A stretch of 64,000 bases of DNA from Candidatus Dormiibacterota bacterium (GCA_963718525.1 OY970355.1:2304001-2368000); one strand, 5' to 3'. Shown: positions 18,133 through 28,194, counted from the stretch's first letter. Made by a program: numbers and translations. Notes: generated by a model from the letters alone, not told the origin.

Positions 18133-20142
18133 ATGACCGGGATGACAGCGCGCGACCTCTCGATCCTCGCTCAGGCGGGCGAGGTTCGCGTGGCTCCGGA
18201 CGGCCGGCGGATTGCGTACACCGTCATCACGGTGGATACCGGGGCCAACAGATATCGCACCCGGATCTGGCTGGCCGACGTCAGCGCGTCAGCCCCGCCG
18301 CGTCCGCTCACAGCAGGCGCGTGGGCGGACACGCTGCCGCGCTGGTCTCCCGATGGCCGCTCGCTCGCGTTCGCGCGGAGTGCCGGGCAGGGCGAGGAGG
18401 CCGCCTTGTGGATCGTGCCGGTTGACGGACCTGGAGAGATCAGCCGGCTGTGCTCGCGGCCGGACGAAATCACCGACCTCGCATGGTCGCCTGACGGTAC
18501 CCAGCTTGCCGTCGTCGCTCGGGTGCCTGATCCAGCTCGCTACGGCACTCCTGGTAAGCGGCCACCGGTTGGTGCGCTGCCACCGCGGCGGATCAACCAC
18601 CTGTTCAGCACTCTCAATGCTCATGGATGGATCTACGACCGACCGACCCACATCCTCGTGGTGCCCGTCGATGGCTCCGCCTCACCACGGGACCTGACTG
18701 AGGGACCCTGGGCGGCGAGTAGCCCGACGTGGTCGCCAGACGGCACCCGGCTCGCGTTCGTATCGGCGCGTCACGAGGACTGGGACCTGGATCTCTGCAA
18801 CGATATCTGGGTCGTGAGCACTCTGGGCGGCATACCTGAGGCGCTGACCGACACGTCCGCGTCCTGGGCGTTGCTGTCATGGTCACCCGACGGGAACCGG
18901 CTCGCGTTCACGTACGATCCGACCCCCGGGGATGAGCCCCGACACGGCCGGGTCGGGGTGCTCGACATTGAGACGGGTAACCGGCGCGAGCTCAGCACGG
19001 TGCTCGACCGCAACGCCTCGCCCTATCCGAACCAGGCTGCGCCCGTCTGGACTGGCCGCGACGTCTGGTTCCGCGTCGAGGAGGATGGAGCCATCCACGT
19101 CTACCGCGTGGACGCGGGCGGGGGGATTCCCACGCTCATGCTCGGTGGCAGACGGGTGGTGCGAGCGTTCGATGTGGTTGAGGTTTCAGGCGGCACTCGC
19201 GTGCTGGCCGCTGCGATCACCGATCCCATCGAGTTGACCGAGGTCTACGCCTCTGTGGCTGGCGAGGATCCTCGCCGGCTCACCGACCTGACGCGGTCGC
19301 TGCGAGAACGAGTGGAGCTGATCGCACCCGAGCGCTTCACCGCGGTGTCGGCCGATGGGGTGGAGGTGGAGTGCTGGGCCATGGCTCCACGCGGTGTCGC
19401 AGCGGGCGAGCGTGCCCCCACGATCCTCAACATCCACGGAGGCCCGTTCACCTCCTATGGATGGTTCTTCTTCGACGAGTTCCAACTCCAGGTCAGCGCC
19501 GGCTTCGGGGTTATCTACTGCAATCCGCGTGGCAGCTCCGGCTACAGCGAGGCATGGGGGCGCGCCATCCGCTGGCCCGAAGCCGAGAGCGATCCGGGTT
19601 CGGGGTGGGGTGGGGTGGACTACGACGACGTCATGGCATGCGTGGATGAGGCTTGCAAGCGGTTCGACTGGATCGACGATGCGCGGCTCGGAGTCCAGGG
19701 CGGCTCGTATGGCGGCTATATGACCTCGTGGATCGTTGGTCACACCGATCGCTTTGTCGCGGCGTGTTCCGAGCGGGCGGCGAACAATCTGCTCCAGCTC
19801 GAATGCAGCTCCGACGCGGCTGGTAGCTTCCGCACTGAAGTTGGCTTCACCCATGTGGATCGATCCGAGCCGTACATACGCCACTCGCCCTCGTCGTACG
19901 TCGCCGACATGCACACGCCGATGCTGCTGATCCACTCCGAGGACGACTTGCGCTGCCCGATCAGCCAGGCGGAGGAGTTGTTCGTCGGGCTGCGTCTGCT
20001 CGGGCGGAACCCAGAGTTGGTTCGCTTCCCAGGCGAAAATCACGAGCTGTCGCGTTCAGGCAGTCCCGCCCACCGGATGCAACGTGCTGACATCATCCTC
20101 GAGTGGTTCACCAGAAAACTTCGTGACCCTGTCGGAGGCTGA
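18133..20142 (+). CDS. S9-family peptidase (acylaminoacyl/dipeptidyl peptidase) with beta-propeller
   Basis: Repeated WSPDG; IHGGP, GGSYGG nucleophile, DLRC, ENHELSRSG. Confidence 0.93.
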   Translation: MTGMTARDLSILAQAGEVRVAPDGRRIAYTVITVDTGANRYRTRIWLADVSASAPPRPLTAGAWADTLPRWSPDGRSLAFARSAGQGEEAALWIVPVDGPGEISRLCSRPDEITDLAWSPDGTQLAVVARVPDPARYGTPGKRPPVGALPPRRINHLFSTLNAHGWIYDRPTHILVVPVDGSASPRDLTEGPWAASSPTWSPDGTRLAFVSARHEDWDLDLCNDIWVVSTLGGIPEALTDTSASWALLSWSPDGNRLAFTYDPTPGDEPRHGRVGVLDIETGNRRELSTVLDRNASPYPNQAAPVWTGRDVWFRVEEDGAIHVYRVDAGGGIPTLMLGGRRVVRAFDVVEVSGGTRVLAAAITDPIELTEVYASVAGEDPRRLTDLTRSLRERVELIAPERFTAVSADGVEVECWAMAPRGVAAGERAPTILNIHGGPFTSYGWFFFDEFQLQVSAGFGVIYCNPRGSSGYSEAWGRAIRWPEAESDPGSGWGGVDYDDVMACVDEACKRFDWIDDARLGVQGGSYGGYMTSWIVGHTDRFVAACSERAANNLLQLECSSDAAGSFRTEVGFTHVDRSEPYIRHSPSSYVADMHTPMLLIHSEDDLRCPISQAEELFVGLRLLGRNPELVRFPGENHELSRSGSPAHRMQRADIILEWFTRKLRDPVGG

Positions 20143-20692
20143 GCGCTGCTCGCGGTCGTCGAGCGCTCTCGGGTCGTCGAGCACCAGCTCCCGCCATAAG
20201 CAGAGCGACCTCCGACAGTAGGAGGAGCACCTGCTGAATCTCGAGAAACCGACAGCGGCGATCGCGCTCAGCGCGAGCATGATCGGCATCGCGACGCTGC
20301 CGCGCCGGCTTGATGACGGAGTCGGATCAGAATGGCTTACGCTCGGACGTCTGCGGATGTCGACGCGATTCCAACAGATTCCATCGCACTTGGCGTAGTC
20401 GTCATTCCAGCCATTTGCCGGCGAAAGCACTCTAAATCCAAGAGACACCTCAAGTCGCTGCGGCGGCGCGGCGCCCGCAGCCCGGCGCCGACCAGCAGGA
20501 GGTCTCCATCGAACGCTGCGTCAACCTCATGGCGACGCGCTATCAGTGGGCCGCCACCGCCCGAGTCAACGCTCGCGACGCCTTCGTCACGCGAAGTTGC
20601 TTGGAGGTAGGAACGCTCGTCACACACTGTTTCAGCGACCTTCAAGTCGGTTTTGCATCCTGATCTCAAATCATCAGTGCTCAGGAGATGCC

Positions 20693-20899
20693 ATGCAAGC
20701 CCAGGTCATTCGCTGCCGCGAGTTCGCGTTGACGCGACTGGAAAAGATACTCGATGGTTCGGACGAGCGTGGACAGGGGATGGTGGAGTACGCCCTTATC
20801 CTCGTCCTCATCGCCGTCGTGGTGATTGTCATCCTTACGACCGTCGGCCACCGTGTGAACAACGTGTTCTCCAACATCAGCCACGGACTGAGCACCTAG
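20693..20899 (+). CDS. flp: Flp family type IVb pilin
   Basis: ERG|QGMVEYALILVLIAVVVIVIL...VNNVFSNIS; RBS AGGAG. Confidence 0.9.
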   Translation: MQAQVIRCREFALTRLEKILDGSDERGQGMVEYALILVLIAVVVIVILTTVGHRVNNVFSNISHGLST

Positions 20900-21112
20900 G
20901 AATCATCAGCTCGTTTGCCTCCAGTGGCGGCGCCACAGCTCGCTCTCTCTGAATCGCGAGCACGGGGCGCCGTCCTTGTGCATCCACTTCGGCAGGCGCA
21001 GCGGTCCGCCAATCGACGGTCGCTCCGTAGCGCTGCCCCATGTCGCCGCAGCGACCGAGATGCCGGCGTGCGTCGGCGCCGCTTGCCCGCGATACAGCCT
21101 GTCTTGATCGAA

Positions 21113-21901
21113 TCAGCGCAGGTCGAGCCGGCGGAATCCGGTAACCGCGGTCAGCGTCAAGAGGACCCCAACGAAGATCAGCACCCCAACGGAGGCGAGG
21201 CTGAGACCGTTGGCAAGCTGCTGGTTTCCGACTGACCAGTAGAAGAGCGATATGTACCGAGCTGGGCGAATCCATCCGATCACCGGCGCAAGTGAGCTCA
21301 CCAGATACGACGCGGCGGCCAGCGCCGCTGTGACGCCGAGCGCGGTCCCGCGGCTGCCGGTGATCGACCCGACGGCGACAGCGCACAGTCCGAAGTCGAC
21401 ACCGAGGAGCGCGACCCCAAGGCTCAATCCGGCGAGATGCGTGACAGGGAAGGAGAGATCGAACTGTCTGCCGATGAGGATGCATCCCATGGTTGCGACC
21501 GCCAGCAGGAGCGCCTGCACGGTCAGCGCACCGACCTTTTGCAGCACCAGAGCGCTTCGCGATATCGGGAGGATCGTGGCAAGCGCCAGCGTGCCGTCTT
21601 CGTCCTGTCCGGCGATGCAGGACGCGCCATAGCCCACGGTGATGAGCAGCATGATGAGCGGGAGGAAGTTCTCATAGATGTTGGCGTCGAGCCATCCGCT
21701 CGGTGACGTCAGTGACCCCGTCGCCCCGAAGAGTGCCGCAATTGTTGACCCGTTCTTCGTAAGTTGATCGAGGCTCGTGGAGTCTCTGAACTGTGGGTAC
21801 AGCGTCACGATGACCAACGCGTAGAGCACCATTCCGACCACGTAGCTAAAGAGCGCGCGTCGGCGCAACCGGAGGTCGATGACAGCGATGTCAGCGCGCA
21901 T
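21113..21901 (-). CDS. ABC-2 type exporter permease
   Basis: About 6 TM helices; IAGQDEDGTL...LPISR motif; coupled to the ATPase. Confidence 0.85.
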   Translation of the reverse strand: MRADIAVIDLRLRRRALFSYVVGMVLYALVIVTLYPQFRDSTSLDQLTKNGSTIAALFGATGSLTSPSGWLDANIYENFLPLIMLLITVGYGASCIAGQDEDGTLALATILPISRSALVLQKVGALTVQALLLAVATMGCILIGRQFDLSFPVTHLAGLSLGVALLGVDFGLCAVAVGSITGSRGTALGVTAALAAASYLVSSLAPVIGWIRPARYISLFYWSVGNQQLANGLSLASVGVLIFVGVLLTLTAVTGFRRLDLR

Positions 21902-22661
21902 CGTCGGGCTCCTCCCCGGATTGGTTTCGACCCTCGATCGATGCGAAGAGCTTCGGATCGACCGTCCTCGGGAAGGCGAACTCGATGGTCCGCGGCGCCT
22001 GCCGGCGCAGCGCCTCTACCGAATCGGTGACGACGAGGTGTCCGGCCTTGATGATTGCGACGCGGGTCGCGACCCGCTGCACTTCGTCGAGTTCGTGGGA
22101 CGAGAGGAAGACGGTCGCCCCAGCGCTCACGAGTTCACGTATCAGACGTTCGAACTCGTCCTGCATCAGAGGGTCGAGCCCGGATGTTGGTTCGTCGAGG
22201 ATCAGCAGTTCAGGTCGATGCATGATGGCGAGCAGGATGCCGATCTTCTGCCGATTTCCCTTGGACAACGTACGAGCGGGCCGCTCGAGGTCGACCTGAA
22301 ACCGCTGTGCAAGCTCATCGAGGAAGGTTCTGTCCTGCAGACCACGGACCTTGGCAGCGAAGTCGACGTGCTGCCGCCCGGTCAAACGAGGGTGCAGCGA
22401 GAGTTCCCCCGGGAGGTATCCGACCCGTCGGTGGATCTCGACAGCGTCGGGTATGGGGTCCAGTCCGAAGACCTTCGCGGCGCCCGATGTCGGGTGAGAG
22501 AGCCCGGTGAGAAGACGGATCGTCGTTGACTTGCCGGCCCCGTTCGGACCAAGGAACCCGAAGATCTCTCCCTCCGTCACTTTGAAGTCGACGCCGACGA
22601 TGCCGCGGTGTGACCCAAAGGTCTTGGTCAGCTGATCCGCGCTCACCACCACCGTCATCAC
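21891..22661 (-). CDS. ABC transporter ATP-binding protein
   Basis: GPNGAGKST, LSKGNRQK, LILDEPTSGLD, SSH; C-terminus looks short. Confidence 0.92.
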   Translation of the reverse strand: MMTVVVSADQLTKTFGSHRGIVGVDFKVTEGEIFGFLGPNGAGKSTTIRLLTGLSHPTSGAAKVFGLDPIPDAVEIHRRVGYLPGELSLHPRLTGRQHVDFAAKVRGLQDRTFLDELAQRFQVDLERPARTLSKGNRQKIGILLAIMHRPELLILDEPTSGLDPLMQDEFERLIRELVSAGATVFLSSHELDEVQRVATRVAIIKAGHLVVTDSVEALRRQAPRTIEFAFPRTVDPKLFASIEGRNQSGEEPDDAR

Positions 22662-23302
22662 ACGGCCCCCCGAGGCGGATCCGTTTCAGAGGACGGCACC
22701 TCACCGATCGTCAGCACCCCGCGCGAATAGACGTCAAGCACCTGAGCGGTCCATCGCTCCATCCCCGAGCGTGCGAGAGGATCCATGCCGAGGACCTGGT
22801 GCACCTGGTCGCGGAGCAGCACGACGCCAAGGTCATTGACCAACAGGAAGGCGGCTCTAACTTCGGCGTCGGACGAAGGAAGCGCCAGCCCTGCCGCTTC
22901 CAGGGTTGCGAAGCCTGAGAGGACCGCTTCGAATAGGGTCCGAAAGAGCGTCTCGGCGGGCTTACCGCCGTCGATGAGGAGGCGCCGCAAGTACGCGGGG
23001 AGCAGCGGATCTCGTTCGAGTTCGCTGGACAGCACGGCCGCCAGCGACGCGCTCGGCCCCTCCCCGGAGGCGCGCGTGAGCTCGGTGACCAAGGCGTCGA
23101 CGAGAGCGATTGCCCGATTGTCGACCGCTTCCCTCAGTCCATCCTTCGAGCCGTAGTGGTGAATGACCAGCGAGGGTGAGACGCCTGCCTGGGCCGCTAT
23201 CTCGCGGAGCGTTACCACTGCGGCACCCCGCTGTGCGAAGAGCCGCATGGCTGTCTCCCGGATCCTGGCTGCAGCGGTCAGATCGCCCGGTGCTGCACGC
23301 AT
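22658..23302 (-). CDS. TetR-family regulator (leaderless)
   Basis: TLREIAAQAGVSPSLVIHHYGSKDGL; TATAAT 6 nt before the ATG. Confidence 0.92.
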   Translation of the reverse strand: MRAAPGDLTAAARIRETAMRLFAQRGAAVVTLREIAAQAGVSPSLVIHHYGSKDGLREAVDNRAIALVDALVTELTRASGEGPSASLAAVLSSELERDPLLPAYLRRLLIDGGKPAETLFRTLFEAVLSGFATLEAAGLALPSSDAEVRAAFLLVNDLGVVLLRDQVHQVLGMDPLARSGMERWTAQVLDVYSRGVLTIGEVPSSETDPPRGAV

Positions 23303-23328
23303 GTGCAGATTATAGAACAGCCGTGCAG
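23293..23328. promoter_or_regulatory. TetR autoregulatory operator(s) overlapping -10 and start
   Basis: Palindrome CTGCACGCATGTGCAG 23293-23308 over the ATG; related TAGAACAGCCGTGCAG 23313-23328; TATAAT on minus strand 23309-23314. Confidence 0.6.
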
Positions 23329-23341
23329 CGCTGAGAAGGAG

Positions 23342-25168
23342 TTAGTCGACAACCGCCCCTGGTGTCACCGCCGAAGACTGCGAGCTGCGGGTGCCAACTC
23401 GGTCTGATTTGACGCGCGTCTGGTATGCGACCAGGATGTCGCGATGGGTCAGCCATCCAAGGATGGTCGAACCGCCTGGGTCCATGACCGGCAGTGCGGC
23501 GGTGCCATGATGGACGAACTGCGAGAGCGCGGTGTCGAGGGGTGCGTCTGGTGCAACGGTGCTTGCCTGGTGAGCGAGGTCGCCCGCGGTGATGTCGAAC
23601 GTGTCGTTACCCAACGCGGTTTCGAGCGCTTCGGCGGTCACCACGCCGCGGTACCCGCCATCGACATCCACCACAGGAAGCGCGGCGACGTCGCGTCGCG
23701 CAAACCGGCCGACCATTTCGTCGATGGATGTCGTGACCAGGAGTGGCTCTGGCACCGGCTGCATGGCATCGCGGACTCGAATCTCCTCCATGAGGTTGGC
23801 GTTGCGTGATCGGAGAATGTCGATCCCGCGTCGTCGCAGCTTGAGTGAGTAGATGGTGTCTTTGGACAACAGATTGCTGAGCCCGGTGGCCGCGACAATC
23901 GCGACCATCAAAGGCAGGATGATGGTGTAGTCGCCGGTGAGCTCGAAGATGATGATCACCGCTGTGATCGGCGCTCGTGCCGCACCGGCGAACACGGCCC
24001 CCATACCGACGAGCCCGTACGCACCGGCGGGCGCAACCGAACCGTGGAACAGCATGTTCGCGACCAGACCAAACGCGGTACCCAGCATCGCGCCCATGAA
24101 CAGTGATGGAGCAAAGACACCGCCGGATCCGCCGATGCCGATCGTCAGGCTGGTGGCGAGTATCTTGCCCACGAGCAACACCAGGAGCAGCCCGAGAACG
24201 ATCTGTCCTGCGACCGCGTTTTGGAGTACCGGATAGCCGACGCCATACAGCTCGGGGAGCGCCAGCAGCAGGAGCCCGAGGAGTACGCCACCAGCCACCG
24301 GACGCAGCCATTCGGGGCCATGCCACATGCGATCCAGGAGATCCTCGGTCCCGTACAGGATGCGGATGAATGCAAGCCCGGCAAGGCCACCCAGCACCCC
24401 GAGGACTGCGTAGAGACCGAACTCCCAGGTCGAGACGATATGGAACGCGGGCAGCATGAGGAACGCCTGGTTGCCGAACGCCGCGCGCCCGATGACATCG
24501 GCGGTCACCGAGGCGAGCACCACAGCACCGAAGGAATCCACGGCGAAGTCCTGGAGGATGAGCTCGAGCGCGAAGAAGACACCGGCGATAGGCGCGTTGA
24601 AGGTGGCCGAGATTCCGGCCGCCGTACCGCAGGCGACGAGCAAACGCAATCGGTTCTCGGAGACGTGCAGCACCTGCCCTATCGAGGAGCCCAGCGCCGA
24701 GCCAATCTGCACGATGGGTCCTTCGCGTCCCACCGAACCGCCCGCGCCGATGCAGATCGCTGAGGCGAGCGACTTGACGACAGCCACCTGAGGACGGATT
24801 CTCCCGCCCCGATCAGCTACGGCGAGCATGACCTCGGGGACGCCATGGCCTCGAGCTTCGGGAGCAAAGAGCTGGATTAGGGGGCCGTAGATGAGGCCTC
24901 CAACAACGGGTGCGAGCACGACGAAGTAGATGCCGAGCCAGGGAAGATTGGGATTGATCGCGTGTCCGGCGGCGCTGTAGTCGCTGTGACCGGTGAAGAG
25001 GAGGGTGAACCAGCGGATGAGGTCACGAAAGAGGATCGCGCCAAGTCCGCCGCCGGCCCCGACCACGAGCGCGATCGCGATGATCCCGCCCTGCGTGCCG
25101 CGTACCCACTCGAGGGCTCGTCGATGAAGGTCTGACTGAAGGTGGATCCGGCGAGCGGTTGAGGTCAC
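23342..25168 (-). CDS. ClC-family chloride channel/H+ antiporter with CBS pair
   Basis: GHGVPEV, GREGP, FNAPIAG and GGVFAP motifs; C-terminal CBS domains. Confidence 0.93.
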   Translation of the reverse strand: MTSTARRIHLQSDLHRRALEWVRGTQGGIIAIALVVGAGGGLGAILFRDLIRWFTLLFTGHSDYSAAGHAINPNLPWLGIYFVVLAPVVGGLIYGPLIQLFAPEARGHGVPEVMLAVADRGGRIRPQVAVVKSLASAICIGAGGSVGREGPIVQIGSALGSSIGQVLHVSENRLRLLVACGTAAGISATFNAPIAGVFFALELILQDFAVDSFGAVVLASVTADVIGRAAFGNQAFLMLPAFHIVSTWEFGLYAVLGVLGGLAGLAFIRILYGTEDLLDRMWHGPEWLRPVAGGVLLGLLLLALPELYGVGYPVLQNAVAGQIVLGLLLVLLVGKILATSLTIGIGGSGGVFAPSLFMGAMLGTAFGLVANMLFHGSVAPAGAYGLVGMGAVFAGAARAPITAVIIIFELTGDYTIILPLMVAIVAATGLSNLLSKDTIYSLKLRRRGIDILRSRNANLMEEIRVRDAMQPVPEPLLVTTSIDEMVGRFARRDVAALPVVDVDGGYRGVVTAEALETALGNDTFDITAGDLAHQASTVAPDAPLDTALSQFVHHGTAALPVMDPGGSTILGWLTHRDILVAYQTRVKSDRVGTRSSQSSAVTPGAVVD

Positions 25169-25767
25169 TCTTCGTCGTCGCTGAGTCCAGCAAAGATGGC
25201 TGCTAGGACACGAGCGATGTTGTTCCAGCGGAAGCCAGAGGGGTCGAGAGAACCGTGCAAGGTGAGTCCGTCGCCGAGTGCTAGCAGGACCGAGGCGAAG
25301 GCGTTGGCAGGAATGTCGGCGATTTCGCCGTCGGCGACTGCCCCCTCGATCCAGCCCTTCAACATCGCTCTGCGGCGTCCGACCGCTGACACCATCCGCT
25401 CACGGATAGCTGGCTCGGTGAGGATGAGAGCCCACAGGTCCGAACGCACTTGGACTCGGGCTTGGTTGGTGCCGCGCTCACACATCTCGCGAGCGAAGCT
25501 CCTCAGCCGGTCGACATTGGAGATGTTGCGCTGAGCGAGGCTCTCAAGGCGTTCGTCGACTTCAACCGCATCCTCCTCGAGTAGCGTGATCAGCAACTCC
25601 TGCTTGGAAGAGAAATATCCGTAGAAGGCTCCTTTGCTCACCTCAGCCTCGGCGCAGATGTCGTCGACGGTCAGTTCGCTGTACCCCATGCGCTCGGCAC
25701 ATCGCCAGGCCGCGTCGACGAGCTGCTGGCGGCGTTCAAGGCGCGCGCCTTCAGAGATACGCGGCAT
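25165..25767 (-). CDS. TetR-family regulator
   Basis: TVDDICAEAEVSKGAFYGYFSSKQEL; overlaps the ClC start by 4 nt. Confidence 0.92.
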   Translation of the reverse strand: MPRISEGARLERRQQLVDAAWRCAERMGYSELTVDDICAEAEVSKGAFYGYFSSKQELLITLLEEDAVEVDERLESLAQRNISNVDRLRSFAREMCERGTNQARVQVRSDLWALILTEPAIRERMVSAVGRRRAMLKGWIEGAVADGEIADIPANAFASVLLALGDGLTLHGSLDPSGFRWNNIARVLAAIFAGLSDDEE

Positions 25768-25788
25768 TATTCATATGCTACCATGCAT

Positions 25789-25808
25789 AAAACCGACGCG
25801 TTGGTTTT
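25789..25808. promoter_or_regulatory. Palindromic operator upstream of tetR-clc
   Basis: AAAACCGAC-GC-GTTGGTTTT just upstream of -10 TAGCAT (minus strand, 25775-25780). Confidence 0.65.
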
Positions 25809-26088
25809 TATGGTGAACTGTCCTCCCTCCCAAGAGCGGGTGGCGACGTGCCACCCGCTTCCTTCGAGTCCGCCGTGACGCTGTTTTGATCGCCGGTCGC
25901 AACACGGTCGATCGAAACGCCAGCGAAGTATTCGTGTCTAACCCTGGTGCCGGTTTCCACAGATGGCCCTCAATGAGCCACGCACCAAGGAGGCCAGCGT
26001 CCATAGCAGACCATTCCATCAAGAACCTCGGCATCGGGCTCGCGAGCTCGTGCTGGCGAGCTTTGAGGTTATGGTTGGCTCTCAGCAT

Positions 26089-26376
26089 ATGGACGATGCC
26101 GAGGCCCGGATTCGGGAGCTTCTGAGTGAGGCTGCAGAGACGCACCACCGCGTCTACCGCATAGTCGACGGCATTGATCCTGATTGGGCATCGTGGTACG
26201 CGGACTGGCTCATCAATCTATCCGAGTTGCCCACATTGCTCGGTCGAGCGCCGGTGCCCAGCGAACTCGTCTACCTGCTCGTCAGGCTCGACAAGGATTT
26301 CAGGGCACAACCTCGCGAAGGCGGGTGGGAGGCTTTCTACGCGCGTGAGGTCTTGAGCGAGCTCGGTGCACGATGA
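26089..26376 (+). CDS. Hypothetical protein (DPDWASWYADWL motif)
   Basis: Typical codon usage and globular-looking sequence from ATG 26089. Confidence 0.65.
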   Translation: MDDAEARIRELLSEAAETHHRVYRIVDGIDPDWASWYADWLINLSELPTLLGRAPVPSELVYLLVRLDKDFRAQPREGGWEAFYAREVLSELGAR

Positions 26377-26513
26377 CCGGGCGAGCGGCCGCCCAGTACC
26401 GCAGGTATGTTGACGGAATTCCAATGGATTTCATCCCACGTGCTCTAGTCGTCACACCAACCATTTCTTGACGAAGGCACTCTTTCTGAACTCGGCTTCG
26501 CGCCTGCAAATAG

Positions 26514-26563
26514 GTGCTGGTCTGGGGGACCAGGGGTCGCAGGTTCGAGTCCTGTCTCCCGAC
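26514..26563 (+). other. 3' fragment of tRNA-Pro(GGG); probable att site of an integrated element
   Basis: CTGGT-CTGGGGG-ACCAG anticodon arm, GGGTC, GCAGG-TTCGAGT-CCTGT T-arm, CTCCCGAC; no D-arm or 5' acceptor strand upstream. Confidence 0.8.
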
Positions 26564-26733
26564 GGACGCGCGATCTGAGTTCACAGCGAGCGGTCGCGCG
26601 GCGCGCGGGGCGCCTGTCCGGCTAACGAGGTCCCGGACGACGAACGGGTAGGCGCGCCATTGACGGTGGAACAATCAAAAAGCTAGGTTTAGGTGCACGT
26701 TGTCTCTCCAGGCTTGTAGGAGGAGACCGAAAG

Positions 26734-26901
26734 ATGGCAGCTCGGACCGTGGAAAAGCTCGCCCGCGAGCTGCGCTGCACGCCCAGCCAACTGACCGGGA
26801 TCCGCACCGCCCGCTTCGCCATTGGGATGGGCCTGGCCATGCGCGTCGTGCAGTGGCTGGGACGGTCGGCGGCCGACTTCGTTCACCCGGCCGAGTGGTA
26901 G
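26734..26901 (+). CDS. 55-aa small HTH-like protein or gene fragment
   Basis: Below the ORF cutoff. RBS AGGAGGAG; promoter TTGACG-18-TAGGTT (26660-26689); MAARTVEKLARELRCTPSQLTGIRTARFAIGMGLAMRVVQWLGRSAADFVHPAEW. Confidence 0.55.
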   Translation: MAARTVEKLARELRCTPSQLTGIRTARFAIGMGLAMRVVQWLGRSAADFVHPAEW

Positions 26902-26951
26902 GTACTACAACCCCGTTTGCGCTCTGCTGTTTGTGGTGATCGCTTTCACGG

Positions 26952-27434
26952 TCAACCCGCTGCTTTCTTGACAAGCTTGGCGATCTCTTCCTCGATGGCC
27001 GCTGTAAGTCGGTTGACGGCATATGAGGTGGGCCAGAAGTCTCCGTCGTCGAGGTTCGCGTCTTGTTGGAAACCGAACGTTGCATACCGCGACTTGAACT
27101 TTGCTCCGCTTTGGAAGAAGCAGATAACCTTGCCGTCCTTGGCATAGGCCGGCATCCCGTACCAAGTTTTCGGAGTTAGGGTCGGCGCGGTTGCTTTGAC
27201 GATGGCATGGATCCGTTCCGCGATGACCCGGTCCGATTTCGGCATCTCCGCAATCTTTGCGAGTACGTCGGCTTCTCCGTCCTCCTTCCCCGAGCGAACG
27301 CGCCTTCGCTCGTTGAGGGTTTCCCTCATCGCGGCTTTCTCGCCGGCGGTCAGCAACCCCGACCCCTTGTTGATGGGGCGGCGTGGCGCCGCCTTTGCGA
27401 CCCCCTTCCCACGCTGTGCGGCCATGTCAGGCAA
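26952..27434 (-). CDS. DUF1801 (YdhG-like) protein
   Basis: PKTWYGMPAYAKDGKVICFFQ...KFKSRYATFGF. Confidence 0.85.
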   Translation of the reverse strand: MPDMAAQRGKGVAKAAPRRPINKGSGLLTAGEKAAMRETLNERRRVRSGKEDGEADVLAKIAEMPKSDRVIAERIHAIVKATAPTLTPKTWYGMPAYAKDGKVICFFQSGAKFKSRYATFGFQQDANLDDGDFWPTSYAVNRLTAAIEEEIAKLVKKAAG

Positions 27435-27765
27435 CCGCTTTCCGGATGAGCCCGCTTATCTTGGCCTCCGTCGCAGCGTCCAGCGATGTAATGTTCCACA
27501 CGACTGGGTGCATGTGCGCACTGTCGTCGTGGGCGGGGTTCACGGCTTCGCTAAATCCGAACGCAATGAAGTCCTTGCCCGTTTTGATGTAGCAGATGTC
27601 CCTGCCATTCTTCACATAGAACGGGAGTCCCCAGCGTACGCTCGGCTCCAGCGACGGCGCGTTTTCCCGTACGAGTTCGTGCAGCCGTTGTCCAATTCCC
27701 CGGTAGGGTACAGGGGCTTCATCGAGTTTGGCGAGGACCGCCGCGTCGCCCTTCTTCGTAAACAT
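27427..27765 (-). CDS. DUF1801 (YdhG-like) protein
   Basis: LHELVRENAPSLEPSVRWGLPFY; RBS AAGGAGG. Confidence 0.8.
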   Translation of the reverse strand: MFTKKGDAAVLAKLDEAPVPYRGIGQRLHELVRENAPSLEPSVRWGLPFYVKNGRDICYIKTGKDFIAFGFSEAVNPAHDDSAHMHPVVWNITSLDAATEAKISGLIRKAVA

Positions 27766-27783
27766 GTGTGCTGACCTCCTTGC

Positions 27784-28194
27784 TCAGCGCAGCTCTTGAA
27801 TCCGGACCAGGTTACCCGCGGGATCCCGGACGGCACAGTCACGCACCCCGTACGGCTGCTGGGTGGGCTCCTGCACCACATCGGCACCGCTCGCCTCGAC
27901 GCGCCCGAAGGTTGCGTCGAGATCGTCGGTGGCCAGGAGGATCCAGCCATATGTGCCCTTCGCCATCATCTCAGCGATGGTGCGGCGCTCCGCATCGGTG
28001 ATGCCGGGGTCAGTGGCGGGTGGGGCCAGGAGGATGGACGTGGTCGGCTGGCCCGCTGGTCCGACGGTGATCCAACGCATCCTGCCCCGCCCCACGTCGG
28101 TCCTGACCTCGAAGCCGAGGACATCCCGATAGAACGCCACAGACGCGTCGGGGTCATCGTGGGGGAGGGCGCTGGCGTGAATGGTGATGCTCAT
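27784..28194 (-). CDS. VOC/glyoxalase family protein
   Basis: SVAFYRDVLGFEVR, QEPTQQPYGVRDCAVRDPAGN; start reset to ATG 28194. Confidence 0.9.
   Translation of the reverse strand: MSITIHASALPHDDPDASVAFYRDVLGFEVRTDVGRGRMRWITVGPAGQPTTSILLAPPATDPGITDAERRTIAEMMAKGTYGWILLATDDLDATFGRVEASGADVVQEPTQQPYGVRDCAVRDPAGNLVRIQELR

Noticed and set aside
20300-20690. c-di-GMP riboswitch upstream of flp
   Set aside because: Could not find the GGCAAA...GACGCAAA core or a convincing structure by eye.
21891-22661. ABC ATPase as a pseudogene because of its short C-terminus
   Set aside because: All catalytic motifs are intact and it is coupled to the permease; a deletion cannot be shown without alignment.
23342-25168. 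Fluoride-specific CLC-F exporter
   Set aside because: Has GHGVP/GREGP rather than the GNNLI/GREGT signatures; no fluoride riboswitch seen.
26490-26566. Functional tRNA-Pro gene
   Set aside because: D-arm and 5' acceptor strand are missing; only the 3' part is present.
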